Positions 26,566 to 42,823 of a DNA stretch of 64,000 bases are shown piece after piece (the first letter of the stretch is position 1; each line of letters starts with the position of its first letter). Below the pieces are notes generated by a model. It was not told the DNA's origin. It made no database searches and saw only the letters and a list, made by a program, of their open reading frames with translations. Source of the stretch: Octopus vulgaris (lineage: Eukaryota); NCBI GenBank assembly GCA_951406725.2, contig OX597816.1, positions 70,184,001 to 70,248,000 on the forward strand. The letters are read 5' to 3'. Made by a program: the position numbers and the translations under genes.

Positions 26566-28205
26566 GAAGTAAAACTTTCTTGCCGCGTATTATACACAGA
26601 CCTTATGCAACCATTCTTTACTGATTCAGAATTTAATACGGTCGCTACTTTAACATCAGTGACAGATCTGTTTACTTCATATATCTTAATTCTACATCCA
26701 AACGCGGATATTTGAGACCCTAATTAAAAGCTCATGCAGCGACTTGCTGCAACAGCTATCTTCTTGCAATATATTTGTCACTTTTACTTCTTATAAAGTG
26801 GGTTGTTCTCTTTAGACATTCATGCAGTGTATTATATATTTCTACGGCAAGTCCAACAATTGTATCCAGCCCTTCCATCTACGTGTCTCCTGTGATTCGT
26901 TCATACTAAGAGCATAATATAAGCTATCTAATCTTAGTTCCACTGAATTTCAAACATCTAATATTCTCTCCACATCATTGTCATGATATGAATGTTAAAC
27001 ACATATATCTAACCAGAATGGTCGCACCTACGGACGCGAAAAGTATTGAAGCCTGTTCAAAATTACTACATTGTTTTATATAGTCCTCGAATCTATAGAT
27101 ATCACAAACGTTTATATTTCAAACATGCTGTCAATCTCACTTTATAGCAAGTGTATGACAATCGTTCTGTGTTAGTCTCATACATGCTGCATATTAAATC
27201 CCGTCATTATAGATGTCCTTAATCTGGACTTGGTATATTGAAAACCTACAATCTACGAAGCTCTTGTTGAAAATGAAACATAAACGAGGTAAAGACAAAT
27301 TTAATTTACCGAGATAAGTTCTGCTGGCTAAGGAAAAATAATAACGTCCGGCGAATAATAATATATCAATTCAAGCACTTCCAGAACAAAGACTTCAAAT
27401 AATTACACACAAGCGCACACAGACACGTATATATACACATATAGGTGTGTATGTGTGTGTGTGTGTGTGTGTATGTATTCTTTTATTCCTTTCTGTCATT
27501 TGACTGTGGCTATGCTGAAGCACCGCCTTTGGTCGAACAAATCAACACCAGCACTTATTCCTTGTGATCCTAGTACTTATCCTATCGGTCTCTTTTTGCC
27601 GAACCGATAAGTCACGGGGACGTAAACACACCAGCATGGGTTGTCAAGTGATCATGGGGAGACAAACATAGACGCCTGCACACACACACACACACACACC
27701 TAGAGTTTCAGTCTACCAAATCCACTCACAATGTTTTGGTCGGCCCGAGGCTATACTAGAAGAGACAGGCCCAAGGCGCCACGCAGTGGAACTGAACCCC
27801 CAACCATGTGGCTGGTAAGCAAGCTACTTACCATAAAGCCATGCCTGCATCTATATATATATATATATATATATATAATAATTGCAGCGTGGAAGGGGTG
27901 TTTGTAAACCATTCGAGAACACACACAAACAATTAATTTCACATCAACATTTAAATTTCATTTCTGTGAAATTGTTCTCGACACTTTGAAACTTGGACCT
28001 GTTTACTGAGAAATCTTCGTGCTGCAGAAATGAGGTTAGTGTTGCAAAGGGAAGCCATCCTTCCCGTCTTCAACTTATGATACACACGAACTCGATGGCT
28101 TCCCTTTGCAAATACTGATAGGGCACAGAAAGTGTGTCTATAGCCAGCTGGAGGAGGTGTCCTCCTGGGGCTACAAACTACAGTAGCATCCATCTATATA
28201 TATAC

Positions 28206-28301
<96 letters not shown>

Positions 28302-28359
28302 GGCGGTGCCCCAGCATGGCCACAGCTCATGAGCTGAAACTAGAATCAATCAATCAATC

Positions 28360-28391
<32 letters not shown>

Positions 28392-28429
28392 ATACATACA
28401 TATACATACATATACCTATCACAGCTGCA

Positions 28430-28700
28430 TCCTTGTTACACGAGAAAAGCCATTGCCAAGAAGACTTACTGAAATGATTCATGGTTGTTGCCATGTGATG
28501 GATGCCCTTATATGACTTTTAAGCCCGGCGAAGCTTTTACCCATCTTATTACATACTAGACAACTGTGCTGGCTGGCAGGAGAGACAGGTGCCACGATAT
28601 GCACTCTCTTAGCATGTCTTTTTAGACCTCGAAATGAGAGGCACACCCTTCCACATTTTACACACGTTCTGTTATGAATTTTAATAGTCACATCATTGTT
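28430..28700 (-). mobile_element. LINE 3' fragment with C2H2 zinc fingers (RTE-like)
   Basis: CVKCGRVCLSFRGLKRH...CLVCNK..KSFAGLKSH. Confidence 0.45.
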
Positions 28701-28842
28701 TATCATGGGTCGATTTCTATGAGAATTTTGATAGCTTACCAGGCATGCACGACTCAAAAACCTCCGTCCACAAACCACACACAAAAATGCAACACTCTCT
28801 CACTTTCCACATGTTTACACTTCTACACACAAACACACAGAC

Positions 28843-28916
<74 letters not shown>

Positions 28917-28942
28917 ATTGATAGAGAGAGAGAGGTAGATAG

Positions 28943-29021
<79 letters not shown>

Positions 29022-29121
29022 CAGGCAGATTGACAGACGGACAGACAGACAGACAGACTGACAGACAGACAGAGAGACAGGCAGACAGACGGATAGATAG
29101 ATAAATAGATAGATAGATAGA

Positions 29122-30628
29122 TATGTTTCTTTATTAGCAACACAGGGCTGCACACAGATAGAACAAATTACAAGGTAGAGCTTTTCTTTTGAAGGTAAAA
29201 AAAAAGGGGGGTGTTCGATCAAAAGGGATCGTAAAAGGAGAGAAAGAGGACAAAAAAAAAGGGGGTTAAAAAAAGGGGGAGAGGGAAAAAAATTGATCAA
29301 TAGGGATCGTTATCACAGAAATGTCAATATGAAGTGTAAAGGGGAGGACAGGTGAGGTTTACCCGTGGAAAGAAAAGCCTACGGAAAAGACCACGGTAAC
29401 CTCGGTCAATGAAGTCACACGTTATATTTCTTTCTTTTATTTATTTTTTTTTTTTTGCAAATAAGCAACTCTCTGTATTAATTTTTATGGTTCATAGAAT
29501 CATAGTCAAGGTGGCTTCGTCATTCATACGTGCCATCCTTGCTACATTCACCCATCTTTTTTTAAAACATTCACTAGACAAAACTTGCCTCTCTACTCTC
29601 ACTTTCCTTCTCAAGTGATACTTGAAGAAGTTGATGAGAGATTGACCAGAGAGGAAAGTGTTTGTCTCTGATCCTTTCAGATACATTCTTTCGCCATAGC
29701 CACAAGTATGATAAAAATAGCTCTTCCTTCCCGTTTGAAGGAAGGAGGCGTGACGATATTGACGATAGACTCGGCTGATAAACCGACACGTCCCACACGT
29801 GACAGCAGTCGTTCGACATAAGCCCACAGGTGGGAAATTGCTGGACACTGCACGATTGCGTGCAGAGCGGTTTCGTCGCTCTGCCCGCATCTCGGGCAGG
29901 TCGGCCCCGTGTTTCTCGAGCCATGCCTATAGAGCTTATCCCGAACGGGTAGCGCTTCTCGGTAGCACCGCCAGGCCAGGGATCTCTGGAAGTTGTCCAT
30001 AGGTCCCGGGCCGAAAGTCGTTTGAAACAGGCGGGTCAGGTATTCCTCGTCGACGCCCAGGTTTGCCCCGAGATCGTCGTCGTACCTCCCCTCCACTAAT
30101 CCCCTATAGAATGCTTTGGTTGTGTTGAAGTCACTCAAGGTCGACCCGGGACGGCAGAGTTGCTTGAGAGCAACGCGACACTCGCGGTGCCATTCGCCCT
30201 TCCTCGGCCTCTTTTTGATCCACGACTGCAGTTCGGTCATGGAGACAAGTTGCGGGAATGCGTGCCTCACAAACGGCGACCACACCTGTTCACCGTCGTC
30301 TACATAGAGCCGGAGATGTCGCAGTCTCAGCGCGTGTCTGCGAATCATCAACCACGGCATGCCCAGCCCTCCTTTTAACGGGTGTTGACAGCAAATGGAT
30401 CGCCTGACCATCGGGACGCATCCTTTCCACAAGAAGCGGAAGAGGATGCGTTCTAGTTTGGTGATGGTAGGGTCGGGACAAGGTACGACGGTCAGGCGGT
30501 AGTAGATGATGGACGCGATGTACGCGTTCGCCACCTCCGCCCGACCTTTTAGGGACAGTTTCCTCTCGGCCCATTGCTGGGCGAGAGTGACCACCCTGCT
30601 CGTTATCTCGTTCCAGTTCTTCTCCATT
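29122..30628 (-). mobile_element. 5'-truncated Tx1/L1-clade LINE (ORF2 C-terminus and 3' UTR) ending in (ATCT)n
   Basis: LSLKGRAEV, FRFLWKG, PLKGGLGMP, LPVRDKL and CPRCGQSDETALHAIVQCP motifs; AATAAA followed by a microsatellite tail. Confidence 0.9.
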
Positions 30629-30630
30629 TG

Positions 30631-31810
<1,180 letters not shown>

Positions 31811-31945
31811 TTTTGGTTGGATCGATAATCCCTCTCAAATGACTTTGTTTTAACATATACATATATGGGTACACGTACACACACGCACATGTACTATGAA
31901 TGTATGTATGTACATGTATATATATATATATATATGCATACATAC

Positions 31946-32049
<104 letters not shown>

Positions 32050-32352
32050 TACATATATATCTTTATGCATATATCTATATACATATATGTATATATATAT
32101 ATGCATATACATATATATGCATACAAAATGTGACCGCGTGTGTATCGTTGGCGATTTTTTCCTCCGTCTTCCCTTCCTTGGATCTTTCCTTCTCTTATGT
32201 TTCTGACGAAGGAATCCGCTCGAAACGTTAAGTCCTCCTACTTTCTTTCCTTTCCTGAGCGTCCAATAACACTATACTTGTTCAACGTCTTCGCGTTGTT
32301 GTGTTTTCGTGTTTGGATTAAGTAACTATGCATATATGTATATATAAATCCA

Positions 32353-32389
<37 letters not shown>

Positions 32390-32393
<4 letters not shown>

Positions 32394-33655
32394 GGGCGTT
32401 CAATAAGTAATGCCTCTGACCCACTTCCCATAGCAGTAGAGCAACGAAACTTGGCACAGTTATTAGTCTTTTCCTACATAGGAACTACCCAGAGTCATGC
32501 ATTTCTCCCATCGTTTGATACAGCTCTGGAGACCGTTTTTGTAGAAGACCCCAGCTTGGTCCTCCAACCACGACGTGACTTCAGAAATCAAGGCTGCATC
32601 ATCTGGGAAACGCTTTCCTTTCAAAATCAACTTCATGGCTGGGAAGAGGTGAAAATCAGAGGGTGCAAGGGGAGGAGTTCATAGCTGCACGCTTGTGCTT
32701 CTGATCTGGCGACACGCGAGTTGTGGACCGGAGCGATGTCCTGCAGGAGGAGGATGCCTTTGTTGATCTTGCCCCGCCTCTTGATTTTGATAGCTTCTCT
32801 TAATTTCCTCAAAAGTGAAGCACTATAGGCTCCTGTAATTGTGGTACCCTTTGCCAGGAAATCTGTCATCACAACTCCGTCCTGGTCCCAGAAGACTGTG
32901 AGCATAACCTTGTCAGCGGAGGGCTGCACCCTTGCCTTCTTTGGAGGAGGTGAGTCACGATGCTTTCACTGCATTGACTGGGCTTTGGTCTATGGATCAT
33001 AGTGATGGACCCAGGTTTTATCCTGTGTGATCAGTCTTTTGAAAAATTTTGACTCATCTTCTTGGCACATCTCCAAATTCATCCTCGTGCACTCAACGCG
33101 TTCTTGCTTCTGGAAAGGTGTGAGCAACCTGGAAATCCATCTGGCAGACACCTTTTGCATATGCAAATGGTCATGAATGATAGTTTCCACAGACCCGGTA
33201 CTAATCTTGACCTTATGGGCTATTTGGCGAATAGTTATGCGTTGACCTTCCAAAATGCAGCCTCAACTTGACGGACAGACGTCTCATCAACGGCAGAAGG
33301 GGGCGACCAGATCTGGGAGCTGTTTCCACAGAGTTCCGACTATGTTTGAATTCACAATGCCAGCGTTTTACAAGGTCATATGATGGGGCATCATCACCAT
33401 AAGTTACTTTCATTTCATCAAAAGTCTCCCGTGGTGTGCGTCCTTTCAAATACAAAAACCAGATCACTGCTCGACACTCAACAGGCTCCATTTCACACTT
33501 GACTCAGTTCAAACACCTGTAAATCAGAAACCACAATTCAGAGCTGTAATTCGCCACTTAATCTATAGAGGTATAAATAAGTGCACATGCAAAATTTCAT
33601 GCTAGATCAAACAAATGCAAGTGGGTCAGAGGCATTACTTATTGATCGCCCCTCG
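32390..33655 (-). mobile_element. Mariner transposon, near full length, with a frameshifted transposase
   Basis: TIRs gaggggcgttcaataagtaatgcctctgacccactt and its reverse complement, TA flanks; motifs PRSGRP, VSARWI, ITQDKTWVHHYDP, KVMLTVFWD and LLQD.AP.H. Confidence 0.95.
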
Positions 33656-35375
33656 TATAATAAAAATGTGTGTCTGTCTGTGTGTTTCCCTAAAACTTGA
33701 GAACTACACAACCAATTTCATTCAAATTTTATACATGCCTTACTGAGGGGCCGGGGAGTGTCATAGGCAAAACAAATTTTTTACTTTTTGCCTAGGGCGA
33801 GCCCACAGCAATATCATATCTTCTCCACTACGATTCCCTAAAACTTGAGAACTACACAACCAATTTCATTCAAATTTAACACATGCCTTACTTAGAGCCC
33901 ATGTAGTTTCATGGACAAAAAATGTTCAAATACTTGCCTAGGGCGAGCCCATAGCAATATCATATTTACTCCACTATCTCAGTATTACGTGTTAAAAGTG
34001 AAACAAAAATATTTCTCTATTTTATGTGAGATACTTTCACTTTAACAATAAAAATTAGAGGTAATAATAACAATTGAATTATATGTAGTAAGTAATAATT
34101 AAAATCAAACTAAAGTATAATATAAACGTAACATAACAAAAGTTAAAATAGCAATTGGTATAAAATTGTATCAATGACTTGAACTTGAATAAGTGGTTTC
34201 ACATGAATGGGAATAAATTTTTTTTAAATTAGCGTGCAGAAATGGAATAGTCCAGATGGAGGTGTGCACATACCGTTTACTACGGCTTTTACATTAGATT
34301 ATCTGCTAATCAGCTAGCGTTAACTATCTATGTGAAGTTAGGCTGTATGTAATGTCTGTTTTCTCGAACAGCCGCTTCTACTGAGTACTGCTGTTGGTTT
34401 ATTTCTTATACATAAAGGACTATAGCTTCAACTCCTTACTGCTTTTTGATTCACCGTAAAGTTTGTTGTTATTATTATTACTATTTAACTATTGCTTTCA
34501 CGTTTGTTGGTTCCTCGTAAGGGAAACGTTGTTGTGTTGCATTTGTTAAATAATTGTAAATTGTAACCCTCCCCCTTTGGGAGAAGGAGCTTTGGTTATT
34601 GTTTAAAAATTGAATTTTGTCCCTGTTTGGAGAAATTGACAATATGTTCATCGTTTACACGGAAGCAGTTTTGTTAGAATACCTTCGATAGAAGAAAGTC
34701 CAAAAATGAATTTCGCTGCAGCCGTCGGCGGGTGCGAACTCATTAAAATTAAAATGGAAGAAATACAAACCTATTTCGGATTGATCACCGACAAAGATGG
34801 TGAATCTAGGATAACACCACCAAACGAAATAAAAGAATAAATTAAAGAAAAGACTATTGTCTATAAAAAATACAATGTAGAGAAAAAAAAAAGATTTGAA
34901 CACCTGGAGGAAAGCACCATCGAAAAGTGTCTTGGTGCGACTATGAAAGATATCTAACCAGAGGCGGTAAATTCGCCACAATAGAAGCAAGGTTCGAGTC
35001 AACGGAGCGTGCAAGGGAGTACTCGACTCGAACCTTGTAAAGTGGAAATATTTTATTTTTACCTTTATATCTGGGACGTAGGACGACCCGGATACAAATT
35101 TAAAATGTCCCCCCAGAAGTAGAGGTAGGCTGGATCGTAGCCACACTTCTATACAAGAGGGAGGACAAGATACAATTGATCGAAATTGCTAGAGAAGGGG
35201 CCTACAATTCCAATTTTGTGTAATGTTATCATTAGCGATATCAAGATATAACTTTGTATTTTGTATTTTATGTGTAGAGGTATATATATAGATGTACATG
35301 TAATATGTACACATATATATACACATAGATACATGCACTAGCACTATGACTCGACAACGACGGATCATAATGCTA

Positions 35376-35376
<1 letters not shown>
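33656..35376 (+). mobile_element. Non-autonomous Helitron-like element
   Basis: 5' tataataaaaatgtgtgtctgtctgtgtg...accaatttcattcaaattt; degenerate subterminal hairpin, then CTAG|T at 35373-35377. Confidence 0.55.
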
Positions 35377-35444
<68 letters not shown>

Positions 35445-36170
35445 TATATTATGTCGAGGGCATTACTATACATAAATGTCACACGCGAGGAGGGACACTT
35501 AATATCAAAACTACCAAAATAAATGAATACATAACTACTTGATAAATTCTTATGAAGATTTTATCCTATTTTACCTTATTCAAAGATAAAATTTAACGAC
35601 TTTATTATTTAAATACTATTTTAAATTTCGTGTTCTTCTTAAGGTGGAGAAGTAACAGAACCAATGACGCGTCGGCAGATATACTTTAATGCATATTTTT
35701 CGACTCATTGCGTCTTGATTTCAGATCCCAGTTGCCTGGAGAAAGCAACAACAAACTAGGGTTGTATCTATAGTTTATTCATTTTAAGCGAATTTCCAAT
35801 AACCTAGTCAAAAACGACAGGTTAGGGACGGGCATTCCCAGGTGAAACCGAGAGTGCTGAAGGAGGTTCACATATGCAGGACATGAGCAAAGATAGAGCA
35901 CCAATAGACCAGATAATATGTTTGTAATTTTTCTTTATTCAATCTTTTAAAATACAACGCCGCTCTATGGTTATTCACAGAAATATTAAATACTAGGTTT
36001 GCTCATTGTAAATCGACAGAAAACGTTAATCATTTGACGATGTGGCCAATAAGTGCGTAGCATCGTGTTATTGAATCATTTTGACAATTATGTATGTAGT
36101 ACAACATCAACTTTGGAAGCCGTTCAAGCTCTGTACAAGCTGCTGCATTGGTTTTCCTTTGCTTTCCTTT

Positions 36171-36367
36171 TTATTTTGGATCTGGACAAGCCTTGGCACA
36201 CTTTACATACTGGTATAATATTCCTCTGCGGAAATATGTATAATAGCAATTATATCGACATTTGCAGTGCTCCTCTCGATAACACTTCTCCATAGAATTA
36301 TAAGAAAGAGCAATATCCTTGCTCTTAAGCTCAGCCTTGCAATCATATCGACATGCCAGTTCACCGG
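36171..36367 (-). CDS. Intact orphan mature-peptide exon (64 aa, 8 Cys) of the secreted peptide family (copy 3); possible alternative last exon
   Basis: ctaattttag|CC GGT acceptor; GELACRYDCKAELKSKDIALSYNSMEKCYREEHCKCRYNCYYTYFRRGILYQYVKCAKACPDPK*. Confidence 0.7.
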
Positions 36368-36724
36368 CTAAAATTAGAAAATGCGAAAAGTCATTAAATA
36401 GCATTTTATGATATTTAAAAACGAACATAAAGATACATTGCATCTTACTACATTCATTAGATTCATCTCTTTCTTTAAACCTGCTTTACGCTATTTCTAC
36501 TACATAGGTCAACGTTCAACGTGTCCACCGTTTAAAACAATTTACTCTCAACGCATATCACACATACATACTCTCAACTATATCACACATACATATATAT
36601 GGTGGTTACATAAGATTTCGTTATTGCAATAAATTTGACATGCAGCTGTTTCCAGTAGCTATCATAAGAAACAGCTCTAAGTCAAATTTACTAAAACAAT
36701 GAAAAATTATGCAGTGACAATTAA

Positions 36725-36806
<82 letters not shown>

Positions 36807-37364
36807 TTATAGTTCTAATCCAGAAACGCGTCCGTAACTAACCGTAGACTTTGTTTTCTTTATTTTTCCTTCTGTTTTACATATGTGAGTCACATGTATA
36901 TGTTGTATGTGGAGTCATACTTGTAGAAAATAGAAATAAGCGGTCTTTGACTGGTGTTTTTAATTCTTCGGTATGTGACTAAGCAACCTTTTACTTGCCC
37001 TTTTGTATATATATATATATATTTACTTGCCCTTTTGTATATATATATATATAAGCAAAGATGCAAGTTCTAAACCCTCTCCAGAGAATCACGTACTAGT
37101 TGTACTGCCAAGTAATATTCGTAGCCTCTTCAACATGAGTAAACGTTCGAACGAATTCTACTGCAATATTTTAACCCGAAGAGGACATCTACCCTATCTG
37201 GTTAACGATGATGCAGAGCTGAATCTGATAAATTGCAAGCAGAGGAGCTACCACATTCTAGTGTCTCGACGAGTAGACCACACTTGGTTTCGGGGTATTT
37301 CTGTCATCCTTCAGAACTGGACAACTTGTCTGCTAAAGATGGCAGTAGCTCGCCTATGCTTGCA

Positions 37365-37400
<36 letters not shown>

Positions 37401-38399
37401 CAAGCGAACCCACAGTCGCTGTGTCCCTTGAAATTTTACGTTACCATGGTGGACAGGTGAGTTTTAGCTTCACTACTATTATAATGTAAATCTTTTTGAA
37501 CTCATAATATTCTGTACGTGTATACCAATATTTACTGAACGTTTTTAATAATTCCTTCTGGAAATTATCTTGAGAATGTATAATATATTTGTTGTAATCT
37601 TTTGTGCCCATTATTTCAATGAGCTTGTTAAACTTTTTTATATTCTCAACATGCTCTTGTCACCAAAGAATGTACATTTATATGGATTGTAGTACTCTGT
37701 GTCAACCAATATTCTGTGCATGTTTGAATATACAGATACAATACCAATACCAATATCAATTCCTTCTGGAAACTATCTTAAGCATGTCTTTGAGAATGAT
37801 TATTTATGTAGTAATCTTTTGTGCCCAATATTTTAAGGAACTTGTTGAACTTTTTTATGTCCTTAACATGTCCCTGTTACCAAAGATTGTATATATGTAA
37901 TGTAGCAATTTGTAACACCAATAATTAACGCAACCAAACTTCTACATGTTACTTTTGACAATCTTTTTCAAAAGAGTGAAACCGGTAAAGTAAATAAACA
38001 TCTTTTAAATTGCATTTTCAAACCTTCTTTCGTATATAATTCCACTCGTGCGGTACCCTACAACGCCACTTTGTTATATATATACATCATGATTTAGAGT
38101 CTTCTCCAACACAACTTCGTTTTATAGACAGTTACTCTATATCCAATTGACTACTCCTAATGTATTCTTTCCTCTCTGACGTTAAGGGATACATATGGTA
38201 ATACTTATGATCATACCTAGCCATGAGCTGTCAACTCACTCTTACCTTTATTCTAAACAGACACAGTCCTCTAGTCAAAGATGTAGTAGTTGATAAAGAG
38301 ATAAATGAATTAGAAATAAATCACAATCCTCTACAAGCTACGACCCTAATGGACTTCATGCGATTCTTGGAAGGGAAGGCTATTCTTAGCTACAATAGC

Positions 38400-38454
<55 letters not shown>

Positions 38455-40657
38455 GCAATGAAAATCCTGGTATGAAAATTTAGGAGCATCCAGCACCTGT
38501 TCATGACAAATATTCTCTTGAAAAATTCCAAAAATTATAAAAAGAATATAGTATTTGCAGATTGCCATGTTCAGTATATAGCCTTATTTTTCACAATTAC
38601 GCCAATCGCTTTCAAATGTATTCATTCAGCATAGTTTGCAGAAGAATATACGGAAAATGAAAACTGTGATCAATAGAAGTTAATTTGGCTGATGGTAATT
38701 TCAGTTTCTTCACTTTAAGAAATGGGAAACGTTTTAGAAGACTTTGACTTCAAACAAATTCATCTGAAAAATTTATCAATGATTGCAACAATCATTTACT
38801 GCTTTTAATATGGCAGGCAAATGTAAACTCTCAGTACATTGGAGAAAACGGTATGATATTGATGTGATAAGTGACTAGCTTCTAAAGAAACGCTAAGAAT
38901 AATAAAGCTGATGGTGTTTGGGAAAATTTCGATCAAAATATATTTCTGGTCCTTTTTTATTATTTACTTATGCTTTTTATTACATTTTTTAAAAATGTAA
39001 ATTCATATGTATTGAATTGTCTTAAGTTAAACCATTTCAGCCTCATTTTTAGTAGTACTAGAATGTAAAATATTAACGTAAATATAATTAATTATATTAA
39101 TAACAGAAGCATTGTCACAAAGACACTAGAATTAAAAGAGCTGTAACTGAGCCTGGAAAAGTACAGGAAAAGAGGAAAGAAATCTTCAAAATCTAAAATA
39201 TCAATAACTGCCCTGAAATATTTTTTTAAATTTTTACAGAAAAGTTTATATTAAAATACTCAAGAAGCTATTTACTTTCAATTTTAGTGCATACTAACTA
39301 CCCAAAATTTATACATCAACATTTCAGTATTACAAATTTAGTGCAGTATACATTTTACAAATCACATAATAGTAATTTAAGTAAAATTGATTATGTATTA
39401 AAAACCCTACATTCTGATGTTCCTTTTTTAAAGGATAAAGTGCCATATATACATTTTGTACTCTACTTGTTTCTTGGCTTGCAGTTATTAAAATATATTC
39501 CTGACGGTAGACACTGTGTTATCTGAAACTGAAATCGCGATGAGATAATTTGTATCTTGGAAAACTTATATTTACTACTTTTTTAGACTAAATTTTGAAT
39601 TACATATCTTATAAATATACATGCACTATAAATATTTAAAACTGATATGTTAACGTAAATTCAAAAAACTTGCAATACAAAAACATAAATAAAACATAAC
39701 AAAAACATGCGCACAGTATTTGATGAACAATTCCAGAAATTATTTTCGTCCAAATACCGTCAGCTTCATTTTTCTCAGCCTAAAAGAAACAAATTACTGT
39801 AAGGGTCAAAGAAAACTTCGAGCCTGTATGGTCCAATTTTAACTGTTCTATAACTGCTATTTTAACAGCTATTTTATTTGCTGTTTTAAATATTAAGTAT
39901 ATAGATAAAAGATAAAATTGAACGACTTTATTCTGGTATTTTAACTACTATTTTAACTTTATAGATTGTCAGCCGCTTACAGCCGTCATCACAGTCTATT
40001 ACACAGAAAGTATCCCTAGCGTGCGAAGGTACGTTTTCCAGTGATCAGCGATGCACATGTACGATGGTTAGATTGTGTGACACCTTCTCTTCTTGAGTAA
40101 AATACTTCATTTCGTGCTCCTCTAAAGGTGGAAGAGTAACAGAACCAATGACGCATCGGCAGATATATTTTAATGCATATTTTTCGACTCATTGCGTCTT
40201 GAGTTCAGATCCCAGCTGCCTGGAGAAAGCAACAACAAACTAGGGTTGTATACATCTATAGTTTATTCATTTTAAGCGAATTTCCAATAACCTATTAAAA
40301 AGCGACAGGTTAGGAACGGGCATTCCCAGGAGAAACCGAGAGTGCTGAAGGAGGTTCACATATGCAGGACATGAGCAAAGATAGAACACCAATAGACCAG
40401 ATGATATGTTTGTAATTTTTCTTTATTCAATCTTTTAAAATACAACGCCGCTCTATGGTTATTCACAGAAATATTATCTACTAGGTTGCTCATTGTAAAT
40501 CGACAGAAAACGTTAATCATTTGACGATGTGGCCAATAAGTGCGTAGCATCGTTTTACTGAATCATTTTGACAATTATGTATGTAGTACAACATCAACTT
40601 TGGAAGCCGTTCAAGCTCTGTACAAGCTGCTGCATTGGTTTTCCTTTGCTTTCCTTT

Positions 40658-40851
40658 TTATTTTGGGTCTGGACAAGCCCTAGCACACTTTGCATACTTG
40701 TAGATTAGTGCTCTGCGGAAATATTTATAATAGCAATTATATCGACATTTGCAGTGCTCTCGATAACACTTCTGCATAGAATAATTAGTAATAGCAATAT
40801 CCTTGCTCTTAAGCTCAGTCTTGCAATCATATCGACATGCCAGGACACCGG
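40658..40851 (-). CDS. Secreted Cys-rich peptide, copy 4, exon 3 (63-aa mature peptide)
   Basis: Acceptor ttttag|CC; GVLACRYDCKTELKSKDIAITNYSMQKCYREHCKCRYNCYYKYFRRALIYKYAKCARACPDPK*; phase matches the exon at 42763-42823. Confidence 0.85.
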
Positions 40852-42762
40852 CTAAAATTAGAAAATACGAGAAGTCATTAAATAGCATTTTATGATATTT
40901 AAAAACGAACATAAAGATACATTGCATCTTACTACATTCATTAGACTCATCTCTTTCTTTAAACCTGCTTTACGCTGTTTCTACTACGCAGGTCAACGTT
41001 CAACGTGTCCAGCGTTTAAAACAATTTACTCTCAACGCATATATCTCTCTATAATATCCTAAATAACTCCATTATTCCGTCACCCATTATCCATAGTAAT
41101 TTGTCGTTTGAACTTCCTAATTTTATCTTTATTGAAGACGACACAAAATTAGTTGATCTGACTGCTATGATTTTAATTGTTCTGTTTTTCATGAATTTAA
41201 GTGCTCTAAATTATTTGAAAATTTCGATGAATTCCATGAAGCAATTTACAACTAACAATATATTGCTGTAATAGAGACACCATCGCTTTTATATAATATA
41301 CAAATGCGAGACGTTTACTCCTGCGAAAATTATTTACTCACTTTCAACGACAGTGATCAATATATTAGAAAAACCAATTGATGATTTTCATAGAACGTTA
41401 TGTTTTAAGTGACGGTGATAATACAGCTGGAAGAGACGTTCTTAATGTACATCTACACAAACTCGGGATCTCAAATAGGACATTCCAAATTTTCACGATT
41501 CTGAGAAAACTAAAATGTAAAGTGTATTCTAGAGAGTAGCAGCTCAAATAACGAAATATTGAATAAATAGGTTAAGAGAAGGATTGAATCTGTAAAAGAG
41601 AGATCATACTGATGACACTTATTAGGATGATTTCAGCAAGATATATCATGTTTCTTGATAGTAATATCGACAAACGTTACAAATGTATGGTACTCAGTGA
41701 TTTCATGAGATTCGTTTAGAACTGTTTGAAAGATAGAACAGCGTTCTTGACGTTTCTACTGAAGGAAATGATTAAGCATTCTTATAAAATGCATTACATC
41801 GTTTTTGATATTGGACTGATATGTTTTCAATTGTGTATAAGACGGAATGTGTTTCTTCTTAGAATAAAAGTTTCCAGTGATTATATCTTTGGAAATAGTC
41901 TCTGAGAATGAGGAAATGCTGAAAATCATGAAAAAAACTTATTCTTTATTTTGGTTTCCATCATATATGTGATACTGCAATTGGCAATGGAATCTTGGCC
42001 TGTAATAATCGATTATTCGTTACGCATTCCAGTAAAGACAAAATGAATAACGCTCAATGTAGCAATGAAGGACGGGTTTTGAGAGTCATGAAAAGGGCAC
42101 CGCGACAAACATTCATCTGCATTTAATCAGAAGAGGCAATCTTGGTTCTGTGTTGCATTAGGTGTTTTAATTAAAAGATGAATTTTTGCTTAGTATACAT
42201 GTGTGGTGTATGTCGTGTGAGCATATGTGTAATGTATGTGTGCGATTGCGTTTATTATGTGTTTCAGTATGTTATGTTTAGTTCCAAATGTGGTATTTAC
42301 ATAGCCGTGTGATAATCACAATCGCACTTATGGAGAACTAAGTCCAACCTAAAGGAACAATCGGTAATTGTGTAATTTGAACCGATGAAAGGATAGAGCT
42401 AAGGAATTTCGTCGAATGGAATGCAAGGAACTGTAGCAGAATAAATTTACGATGTTATTGGTGAGGTGAAATTGCTCGAAGTGAATATTGAGGTGTGGTC
42501 TGTTGAAGCAGACATGAATAGGAAGCAATAAGAGTGAAAGGAACAAACTGAACTAAAGGGATTGATTAAGGATTATATTAAGATATATCTTAATGAATCT
42601 CATATATAGGGAATTTTTTAAGAAAGCATACTTGTATGAATTGTAATTCTCAGAAAATTGATTCTAGACAGTTATAAAAATTCTGCACTAAAATTAGATT
42701 TGCATGCGCAAATAGACAACGGTTGAAAAATCATTTAACGAATGGGTGACCAGTCTTCTTAC

Positions 42763-42823
42763 CTTCGGTCAGGGCATTCATCATGTATATTCCCAAGAAG
42801 ATGAGAGAAAGTGTAGAATTCAT
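42763..42823 (-). CDS. Secreted Cys-rich peptide, copy 4, exon 2 (signal peptide)
   Basis: ttttacag|tttcaac ATG; MNSTLSLIFLGIYMMNALTE plus G|gtaaga (phase 1). Confidence 0.85.

Noticed and set aside
42349-42546. ORF conserved among copies (also 22641-22838 and 59545-59811) as a possible extra exon
   Set aside because: Copies 5 and 6 carry an internal deletion and no consistent splice sites are seen; the opposite strand looks like a stop-riddled retroelement fossil.
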